Under the pieces are notes generated by a model. The model worked only from the letters and a program-made list of their open reading frames with translations. It was not told where the DNA came from and did not search any database. From Caecitellus pseudoparvulus (lineage: Eukaryota > Protista > Bigyra: Bicosoecida): DNA of 64,000 nt. Shown here piece after piece: positions 56,101 through 64,000 of this stretch. The position numbers and the translations under genes were made by a program. Within the stretch, counting starts at the first letter, position 1. Each line of letters begins with the position of its first letter. Location of the stretch: contig CBFFRQ010000068.1 in the NCBI GenBank assembly GCA_965644315.1, positions 62,001 through 126,000 on the forward strand, read 5' to 3'.

Positions 56101-58045
56101 AAATGAGCGCCACGCCAGCCCGTCTGGTAAGTCAAACACGTGTAGCTGTTGTGCAAATGCCTGGGAGAATTCTTCCAGGGGAGCTTCTGGAATGCTGTGC
56201 GTCCACGGCACCTGGCGCAGCAGAACACCGCCTTGCGCAGCATCTGGGTGCGCCACATGCATCGCTGCGTCAACATCGTTCAACACGGTCCCACTTGCTT
56301 GGAGCATGCCGAGGTGATTAATAGGCGTGCCTTCCCTGGTTTGCAGTGCCTTCAAGGCACGTTGCATGAACCCTCCGCCAGCAGACACGTCAGCGGCGGC
56401 AGCATCTGATGCCATGGCTGGGGGCACAAGCGCCTCCCAAGCAGCCCGCGCCCTCTCGGCGCGCTGTGCGGCTGTGCGTGAGCCTTGCTGAATCATCATG
56501 CTGATCAGAGCTGGGAGCCCTGGGACGACAAGGCCCACCCCCAGCATTGTCATGGACAGGTTTGGCAACACGACTGCCACGTCGTGTTGGGACCAGCCAG
56601 GAATGGCAAACACTGCTGCCCGGCTGCGTGCGTCCCTCAGCTGGAGCAAGCAACGAAGCTCTGGCTTCTGGTTCTTCGCTGCCAGCGCTGTGGCTAGAGT
56701 GCTCGCATCTGCCTTCTCCGCAGAGGTGTCGTGCGGTGCCAGTGACATGATGGCAGCGGCTCCACTCGCGCCGGCTCGGGCCAGGTCGCCCTGGGAGAGG
56801 GGTGAGCCTTTGACGTACGTAACGCGGCCCCCGAATGCATCTTGATCAAAGAGGGCCAGCAGAGCGCCACTGGGTGCGTCTGGGTGCAGAAACACGACGG
56901 GCGGTAAATCGTCGCTGTGACGGCTTTCGTGAAACAGCTGAGCCAGCAGCGCCCGTGCTCGCGGAAGAGAAGCGTCACCAGTGACCAAAATATGTGGTGC
57001 ATGTGGGTTAGGCGTAAATAGGCCCCTGTCCGCCGACTGCACCCACACCCGCACAACAGAGGCCAGGATGATGGGAATAACAACCACCGCCGTGGCAATG
57101 ACCCCCGTCAAGAACAAGAAGGACGCATCGCGGGATGCTGACGCTGCTGGGCGGCCGAGCACCATGGCTGTCATAAAGTACAGCGCCTCATGAAACGGCA
57201 GGTCCCCTGGCCCATCACTCTCCATCACGTGGTAGAAACCTGCAGCGACGAAGACGATGGACACTGCGGCGACGGTAAGAAAGAATAGCTGACGCTGGAG
57301 ACCGAGGGAGGGTGCCAGCTTCACCACACGAATGATTCTGAGTGCCCGAAACACACGGGCAGCGCGGGTGGCCTGGGACAAATCGTCTGCATCAGACGAA
57401 AAGCCACCCAAGTGCTCCCTGGCCACAATGGACAGCACTTGTGGCACGATGGTGATGAAGTCGGCAAAGGCTGACAAGGACAATACATACATCAACCGAT
57501 CCCGCGAGAGGTACCACTGAACCATGTAGTCTGTAGCAAATGTGATGGAGAACATCAGCTCCACTGCTGTCCGTACGGCTCCATTCTGCGCAGGTGTTGA
57601 GCTTGGGGTGTCGGCAAGCCTTCAAATTCCGCATCAACACCCAACCGTACCTCGCCACGTCTGTACGTCTCAGCAACGAACCAACCAATGGAGACAATGC
57701 TGAGAAATGCCTGCAACATGTTCATTCCTCGGCCGAAGCTTGTCGTCACATACCTAAGGACGAGGGTCGACGCAGGGCATCCAAATGGTGCGAGACGGCA
57801 AGCACCGCGACGCCGCGGGTCAGCCCGCACCGCCCCATGGCACTCGCGCCACAGCGCAGATGACGAGGGCTTCTCACGCACAGATAGTGGTGCACATGGG
57901 CGCGAAGGCTTGGCCCAGACTTGCCATCGCTGCAACTTTCACACCGTGACACCTGTCGCCCGGCGAGCACAAACAGCACCTGAGCCACGAAGACCAAAGC
58001 CACACCTGCAATGAACGTTCCAGCGGTGACCTCAATACCAACCAT
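53164..58045 (-). CDS. BK/Slo-family (S0-S6 + two RCK domains) channel subunit with a non-canonical pore, ~1562 aa
   Basis: complement(join(53164..57585,57651..57753,57882..58045)), introns 57586-57650 and 57754-57881. TM segments: S0 (FIAGVALVFVAQVLFVL), S1 (MLQAFLSIVSIGWFVAETY), S4 (RAARVFRALRIIR). RCK1: HILVTG, YVKGSPL...DLARA. RCK2: DHLLVCG, FAAGRAF, YGQLF, LGVYR, ANPP...DYVYVL. Confidence 0.88.
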
Positions 58046-58274
58046 TCTAACTTAATGATTGCGCTGCTGGTCAAACGATTTGGTGAGGCGACACCCACCG
58101 CACGGTTGCTGCGCTGCTGAGATTTGCCGCTTCACATCCAGTGCGACACCATGCTCGAGCCAGGCATACAGCGACAGAGAAGAGTGAATTGCGTCGTCAT
58201 GGTGGCACGCTCCAGATAAGAAAAGAAAACCAAAGGAGCTGGAGCGTGCCACAAAACAGCAAGGGGATTATCGA

Positions 58275-61200
58275 CTACTCCTGGTCAGGGGCCTTGGGTG
58301 GGGGCACGGGCCGTGGGCGGGTTGGGGTGTGAGCTGCTCGGCCACCGGCTGGCGAGGAGCCGGGTGGTGCTGGCGACCCTGGCGCAACGCCCCCTGAGGA
58401 AGCCATGCGGCGCATGACGTTGGAGCGCGCAGCACGCCCTCCCGTGAGCTGGGCGAGAGCTGCACGTTTGGCACGGGCATCACTCTCGCGCCGGCGGCTG
58501 CTACCACGGTGCATGGGGTTGTGCTTGGCGATGGTACCTGCTGAGCTTGCGCTGGAGCCGATGCCGCCGCGCACCGTGGGCCCGTCAACAGTCTGCGAGG
58601 CACGAGCACCCCTGCGGCTGGGCCCTGCGTCCAGGACGCTGGCGTCCTCCTCCCTCGGCCCCGACTGCAGCATGGACCCGAAGTGCTCCAGCAGAGACGA
58701 AGACAGGAGGCTATCCCGGCCACTGCCCGGAGCGGCACTGGGCAGATCAGGTGTCACCGAACCCGGTCCAGAACGCGCTGCGTTGGTGGACACTGACACA
58801 GTGCTCTCACGCCGAGCCTTGGCTGACGACGTGAGGCGGCGCATGATGGAAGGAAGGGAGGCTTTTGCTGCCGACGCGGCTGCACTACGCTTGCTGGCTT
58901 CACTGGTTGGAGCAGGCCCCGTGGCGCTCGACGAGAAAGCCATGTTGCCGCCGGACGCCGCCTGCACGGACGAAGTGACGCGCGAAGCCTTGAAGGCTGG
59001 GTTAGTGCTGTTGGCTTCCATGGCATATGCTCTCTTGTACAGGGTCGTCATGCTGCGAGCCAGCTTGGGCCGGGCGACGTTGCCCTGCCCTTCCACAGTG
59101 GTAGCCGCAGAAGCAGAAGCACCTGACATACCGTCCACATGCTTGTCCGAGCGCATGGGGGCTGCCTTAGTGACTAGGCTGCTGATTGACTGTGGCGCTT
59201 GTGGGGGTGGGGCGACGAGTGCGCTGGCGGCAGGGTTCACAACAGTGTGGGTGCCACCACCCCCTCCTTGGCCAGATACGTCAACAACTTCGCCGATATC
59301 GTCCCTGTCGCCTCGGGAACGGCGCCTCCGCGATGAGACAGACATTCGGGTGCTTGTGTCGGACATTTGCCTTCGTCGGTACACGAGCAAGGCGACGACG
59401 GCCAGCACAAACGCCACGCCGACGACAATGCCTGCAATCCCACCACCGGAGAGACCAGGCTCTGGACTGCTCGAGCCAGTGGTCGCTTGAGCTCCGGTGT
59501 CCTCCCCTGGCCGCGTAACCTGCCTGCCTTCGCCTGCGGCAATGCCCACGAGCCCCGGCATGCCATCCTCCACAGGAGCGAAGACTGCACCCGAAGCAGA
59601 GTCCACAGCTGCGGCCAGCACGGGGGCACCGGGCATGCTCTGTCGCAGTATCCGAGTGAGCGCTTGTAGAATGTCGGGCTCGTTCGCAGCATCAAGCAAA
59701 GCAAAGGCATCCTCGGCTGGACCGCCGGTGTCCACGGCCACGGCTAGCCGAGATGCAAGCACCTCATTCTCAGCACGACGGCGTCGCACGTCAACTTCAA
59801 AGTCCAGGCCCTGGTTGCTGTGCACGGCAGGAAGCACGGTGTCGTTGGCATCAACTGTTACGATGGGGGTCAGGCCTGGTGCGGACTGAACATGTTCGGG
59901 GGCGAGTAAAACAGAGACTGGGGGTGGCACATCGCCACCAAGCCTTCGCGCCAAGCTGTCGGTGGCTGAACCAGCTGAAATGATGAAAATGTGGCCAGGA
60001 TCGATGCCCACGCCAGACCGCTGAGACAGCTCGCTGGAAAGGGCCGCTTTCAGCAGCACTGTGACTTCCAAAAAGGCCAGCGACTGAGCAGGCAGGCCCA
60101 CGAGCACCACCTCGAAAGTAACAACGTGACCACCCAGAGAGCCACCCGAAGACAAACACCTGCCTTCACCGCATTCCCAGCCGGCCGCACAATCAGATGA
60201 CTCGATGCAGGCTTGGCCAGCCCCGCAGCGCAAGTCACAATCTGAGCCGCCACAGTCCACGTCAGTCTCTGCTTGCCCGAGGGTCCCATCTGAGCATTCC
60301 GACTGAGATCCGGGAGAAACGGAACACAACGAGCCACTCCAACCTGCTGCACATTGACACATGCCAAACACTCCGCCGCTTGTGCCCAATCCTTGAATGA
60401 GGCTGGAGGCAGTCACAGCGCCCCATGCAGCCACGCTTGACTGCTGCAGCACTGCAGACGCATTTACCACTGCACACGAACCGCCGGTGCCACAATCCAC
60501 CCCACGACAAACATCAGGGAGAATTGCTGTGGGCTCGCTGGGTGACGAAGTGGCGGACACAGTGGCAGTCGGAGAAGGGGATCCAACAGAGGTTGAGCTT
60601 GCAGCAACAGACGTAGAACTGCTCGGTGACGCACCAGCCGTCACACTGCCACTGCTGCTCGGTGACGCACCAGCCGTCACGCTCCCATTGCTGCTCGGTG
60701 ACGCACCAGCCGTCACACTGCCACTGCTGCTCGGTGACGCACCAGCCGTCACGCTGCCACTGCTGCTGGGTGACGCACCAGCCGTCACGCTCCCACTGCT
60801 GCTCGGTGACGCACCAGCCGTCACACTGCCACTGCTGCTCGGTGACGCACCAGCCGTTACGCTCCCACTGCTGCTCGGTGACGCACCAGCCGTCACGCTC
60901 CCACTGCTGCTCGGTGACGCACCAGCCGTCACGCTGCCACTGCTGCTGGGCGTCACGCCAGCCGTCACACTGCCACTGCTGCTGGGCGTCACGCCAGCCG
61001 TCACGCTCCCACTGCTGCTGGGCGTCACGGCCGCCGTCACACTGCCACTGCTGCTGGGCGTCACGCCAGCCGTCACACTGCCACTGCTGCTGGGCGTCAC
61101 GCCAGCCGTCACGCTGCCACTGCTGCTGGGCGTCACGCCAGCCGTCACGCTCCCACTGCTGCTGGGCGTCACGGCCGCCGTCACACTGCCACTGCTGCTG

Positions 61201-64000
61201 GGCGTCACGGCAGCCGTCACACTGCCACTGCTGCTGGGCGTCACGCCAGCCGTCACGCTGCCACTGCTGCTCGGTGACGCACCAGCCGTCACACTGCCAC
61301 TGCTGCTGGGCGTCACGCCAGCCGTCACGCTGCCACTGCTGCTGGGCGTCACGCCAGCCGTCACACTGCCACTGCTGCTGGGCGTCACGCCAGCCGTCAC
61401 GCTCCCACTGCTGCTGGGCGTCACGCCAGCCGTCACACTGCCACTGCTGCTGGGCGTCACGGCCGCCGTCACACTGCCACTGCTGCTGGGCGTCACGGCC
61501 GCCGTCACACTGCCACTGCTGCTGGGCGTCACGCCAGCCGTCACACTGCCACTGCTGCTGGGCGTCACGGCCGCCGTCACACTGCCACTGCTGCTGGGCG
61601 TCACGCCAGCCGTCACACTGCCACTGCTGCTGGGCGTCACGGCCGCGGTCACACTGCCACTGCTGCTGGGCGTCACGGCAGCCGTCACACTGCCACTGCT
61701 GCTGGGCGTCACGCCAGCCGTCACACTGCCACTGCTGCTGGGCGTCACGGCCGCGGTCACACTGCCACTGCTGCTGGGCGTCACGCCAGCCGTCACACTG
61801 CCACTGCTGCTGGGCGTCACGCCAGCCGTCACGCTGCCACTGCTGCTGGGCGTCACGCCAGCCGTCACACTGCCACTGCTGCTGGGCGTCACGGCAGCCG
61901 TCACACTGCCACTGCTGCTGGGCGTCACGCCAGCCGTCACGCTGCCACTGCTGCTGGGCGTCACGCCAGCCGTCACACTGCCACTGCTGCTGGGCGTCAC
62001 GCCAGCCGTCACACTGCCACTGCTGCTGGGCGTCACGCCAGCCGTCACGCTCCCACTGCTGCTGGGCGTCACGGCCGCCGTCACGCTGCCACTGCTGCTG
62101 GGCGTCACGCCAGCCGTCACACTGCCACTGCTGCTGGGCGTCACGGCCGCGGTCACACTGCCACTGCTGCTGGGCGTCACGCCAGCCGTCACACTGCCAC
62201 TGCTGCTGGGCGTCACGCCAGCCGTCACACTGCCACTGCTGCTGGGCGTCACGGCAGCCGTCACACTGCCACTGCTGCTGGGCGTCACGCCAGCCGTCAC
62301 GCTGCCACTGCTGCTGGGCGTCACGCCAGCCGTCACACTGCCACTGCTGCTGGGCGTCACGCCAGCCGTCACACTGCCACTGCTGCTGGGCGTCACGCCA
62401 GCCGTCACACTGCCACTGCTGCTGGGCGTCACGCCAGCCGTCGCGCTCCCACTGCTGCTGGGCGTCACGCCAGCCGTCACGCTGCCACTGCTGCTGGGCG
62501 TCACGCCAGCCGTCACACTGCCACTGCTGCTGGGCGTCACGCCAGCCGTCACACTGCCACTGCTGCTGGGCGTCACGCCAGCCGTCACACTGCCACTGCT
62601 GCTGGGCGTCACGCCAGCCGTCACGCTGCCACTGCTGCTGGGCGTCACGGCCGCCGTCACACTGCCACTGCTGCTGGGCGTCACGCCAGCCGTCACACTG
62701 CCACTGCTGCTGGGCGTCACGCCAGCCGTCACACTGCCACTGCTGCTGGGCGTCACGCCAGCCGTCACGCTGCCACTGCTGCTGGGCGTCACGCCAGCCG
62801 TCACGCTGCCACTGCTGCTGGGCGTCACGCCAGCCGTCACACTGCCACTGCTGCTGGGCGTCACGCCAGCCGTCACACTGCCACTGCTGCTGGGCGTCAC
62901 GCCAGCCGTCACACTGCCACTGCTGCTGGGCGTCACGCCAGCCGTCACACTGCCACTGCTGCTGGGCGTCACGGCCGCCGTCACACTGCCACTGCTGCTG
63001 GGCGTCACGCCAGCCGTCACACTGCCACTGCTGCTGGGCGTCACGCCAGCCGTCACACTGCCACTGCTGCTGGGCGTCACGCCAGCCGTCACACTGCCAC
63101 TGCTGCTGGGCGTCACGCCAGCCGTCACACTGCCACTGCTGCTGGGCGTCACGGCCGCGGTCACACTGCCACTGCTGCTGGGCGTCACGCCAGCCGTCAC
63201 GCTGCCACTGCTGCTGGGCGTCACGCCAGCCGTCACACTGCCACTGCTGCTGGGCGTCACGCCAGCCGTCACGCTGCCACTGCTGCTGGGCGTCACGCCA
63301 GCCGTCACACTGCCACTGCTGCTGGGCGTCACGCCAGCCGTCACACTGCCACTGCTGCTGGGCGTCACGGCCGCGGTCACACTGCCACTGCTGCTGGGCG
63401 TCACGCCAGCCGTCACGCTGCCACTGCTGCTGGGCGTCACGGCCGCCGTCACACTGCCACTGCTGCTGGGCGTCACGGCAGCCGTCACACTGCCACTGCT
63501 GCTGGGCGTCACGGCAGCCGTCACACTGCCACTGCTGCTGGGCGTCACGGCCGCGGTCACACTGCCACTGCTGCTGGGCGTCACGGCCGCCGTCACGCTG
63601 CCACTGCTGCTGGGCGTCACGCCAGCCGTCGCGCTCCCACTGCTGCTGGGCGTCACGGCCGCGGTCACACTGCCACTGCTGCTGGGCGTCACGCCAGCCG
63701 TCACGCTGCCACTGCTGCTGGGCGTCACGCCAGCCGTCACACTGCCACTGCTGCTGGGCGTCACGGCAGCCGTCACACTGCCACTGCTGCTGGGCGTCAC
63801 GCCAGCCGTCACACTGCCACTGCTGCTGGGCGTCACGCCAGCCGTCACGCTGCCACTGCTGCTGGGCGTCACGCCAGCCGTCACACTGCCACTGCTACTG
63901 GGCGTCACGCCAGCCGTCACACTGCCACTGCTGCTGGGCGTCACGCCAGCCGTCACACTGCCACTGCTGCTGGGCGTCACGCCAGCCGTCACGCTGCCAC
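58275..64000 (-). CDS. Mucin-like type-I membrane protein (Ser/Thr repeat stalk, EGF-like and ETDVDCGG Cys modules, TM, cytoplasmic tail), 5' partial
   Basis: The frame is open through the window end. More than 1100 aa of VTA(G/A)VTPSSSGS repeats are followed by an EGF-like C..VDCG.GG.C...CQCAAGWSGSLC and by CSDG...ETDVDCGGSDC. TM segment GIAGIVVGVAFVLAVVALLVY-RRR. TAG at 58275-58277. Confidence 0.85.
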   Translation of the reverse strand, partial: GSVTAGVTPSSSGSVTAGVTPSSSGSVTAGVTPSSSGSVTAGVTPSSSGSVTAGVTPSSSGSVTAGVTPSSSGSVTAAVTPSSSGSVTAGVTPSSSGSVTAGVTPSSSGSVTAAVTPSSSGSATAGVTPSSSGSVTAAVTPSSSGSVTAAVTPSSSGSVTAAVTPSSSGSVTAAVTPSSSGSVTAAVTPSSSGSVTAGVTPSSSGSVTAAVTPSSSGSVTAGVTPSSSGSVTAGVTPSSSGSVTAGVTPSSSGSVTAGVTPSSSGSVTAGVTPSSSGSVTAAVTPSSSGSVTAGVTPSSSGSVTAGVTPSSSGSVTAGVTPSSSGSVTAGVTPSSSGSVTAAVTPSSSGSVTAGVTPSSSGSVTAGVTPSSSGSVTAGVTPSSSGSVTAGVTPSSSGSVTAGVTPSSSGSVTAGVTPSSSGSVTAGVTPSSSGSVTAGVTPSSSGSVTAAVTPSSSGSVTAGVTPSSSGSVTAGVTPSSSGSVTAGVTPSSSGSVTAGVTPSSSGSVTAGVTPSSSGSATAGVTPSSSGSVTAGVTPSSSGSVTAGVTPSSSGSVTAGVTPSSSGSVTAGVTPSSSGSVTAAVTPSSSGSVTAGVTPSSSGSVTAGVTPSSSGSVTAAVTPSSSGSVTAGVTPSSSGSVTAAVTPSSSGSVTAGVTPSSSGSVTAGVTPSSSGSVTAGVTPSSSGSVTAGVTPSSSGSVTAAVTPSSSGSVTAGVTPSSSGSVTAGVTPSSSGSVTAGVTPSSSGSVTAAVTPSSSGSVTAGVTPSSSGSVTAAVTPSSSGSVTAAVTPSSSGSVTAGVTPSSSGSVTAAVTPSSSGSVTAGVTPSSSGSVTAAVTPSSSGSVTAAVTPSSSGSVTAGVTPSSSGSVTAGVTPSSSGSVTAGVTPSSSGSVTAGVTPSSSGSVTAGASPSSSGSVTAGVTPSSSGSVTAAVTPSSSGSVTAAVTPSSSGSVTAGVTPSSSGSVTAGVTPSSSGSVTAGVTPSSSGSVTAAVTPSSSGSVTAGVTPSSSGSVTAGVTPSSSGSVTAGASPSSSGSVTAGASPSSSGSVTAGASPSSSGSVTAGASPSSSGSVTAGASPSSSGSVTAGASPSSSGSVTAGASPSSNGSVTAGASPSSSGSVTAGASPSSSTSVAASSTSVGSPSPTATVSATSSPSEPTAILPDVCRGVDCGTGGSCAVVNASAVLQQSSVAAWGAVTASSLIQGLGTSGGVFGMCQCAAGWSGSLCSVSPGSQSECSDGTLGQAETDVDCGGSDCDLRCGAGQACIESSDCAAGWECGEGRCLSSGGSLGGHVVTFEVVLVGLPAQSLAFLEVTVLLKAALSSELSQRSGVGIDPGHIFIISAGSATDSLARRLGGDVPPPVSVLLAPEHVQSAPGLTPIVTVDANDTVLPAVHSNQGLDFEVDVRRRRAENEVLASRLAVAVDTGGPAEDAFALLDAANEPDILQALTRILRQSMPGAPVLAAAVDSASGAVFAPVEDGMPGLVGIAAGEGRQVTRPGEDTGAQATTGSSSPEPGLSGGGIAGIVVGVAFVLAVVALLVYRRRQMSDTSTRMSVSSRRRRSRGDRDDIGEVVDVSGQGGGGGTHTVVNPAASALVAPPPQAPQSISSLVTKAAPMRSDKHVDGMSGASASAATTVEGQGNVARPKLARSMTTLYKRAYAMEANSTNPAFKASRVTSSVQAASGGNMAFSSSATGPAPTSEASKRSAAASAAKASLPSIMRRLTSSAKARRESTVSVSTNAARSGPGSVTPDLPSAAPGSGRDSLLSSSLLEHFGSMLQSGPREEDASVLDAGPSRRGARASQTVDGPTVRGGIGSSASSAGTIAKHNPMHRGSSRRRESDARAKRAALAQLTGGRAARSNVMRRMASSGGVAPGSPAPPGSSPAGGRAAHTPTRPRPVPPPKAPDQE
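60616..64000 (-). repeat. Coding minisatellite, ~94 x 36-bp units (12 aa), continuing past the window end
   Basis: The + strand unit GCCGTCACACTGCCACTGCTGCTGGGCGTCACGCCA repeats head-to-tail with point variants and no spacers. Confidence 0.95.

Noticed and set aside
60616-64000. 36-bp repeat as a CRISPR array
   Set aside because: The units are contiguous with no unique spacers, lie in frame within a CDS, and have no cas genes nearby. The context is eukaryotic.
1-64000. Prokaryotic origin, alternative genetic code or mobile elements
   Set aside because: Spliceosomal introns and eukaryote-specific genes (cyclin, CRN, COG4, TTLL9) are present. All three stop codons terminate genes normally. 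I saw no transposase, reverse transcriptase, integrase or terminal repeats.

Overview
This is GC-rich, very gene-dense eukaryotic nuclear DNA, not bacterial. It has 17 protein-coding genes, two of them cut by the window edges, with intergenic gaps mostly 17-380 bp. I reconstructed 16 short GT-AG introns by hand with consistent phase, all near gene 5' ends. Zeta-type tubulin and TTLL9 point to a flagellated cell. A 9-TM cadherin and glycogen phosphorylase fit a heterotrophic stramenopile (bicosoecid/opalozoan-like), which is inference only. Gene order: Hsp104/ClpB (partial); a P-loop kinase-PfkB fusion head-to-head with glycogen phosphorylase; a low-complexity orphan; zeta-tubulin; TTLL9; crooked-neck; COG4; an 18.3-kb intronless ~6100-aa cadherin/IPT/9-TM receptor with 16 near-identical 372-bp cadherin repeats and one frameshift; a secreted class-3 lipase; cyclin B; a Niban/FAM129-like PH protein; UROS/HemD; a small membrane orphan; a Gly-rich At5g11700-type membrane protein; a BK/Slo-like channel lacking both the GYG filter and the Ca2+ bowl; and a mucin-like EGF type-I membrane protein with ~94 copies of a 36-bp repeat (partial). 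The best leads are the homogenised cadherin array, the filter-less BK channel, a recurrent CAATTTCCGC element near gene starts, a recurrent AATGCA element after stop codons, and NP[LM] motifs in cytoplasmic regions. I saw no tRNA, rRNA, CRISPR array or transposase. All family assignments come from motif recognition, not database searches.
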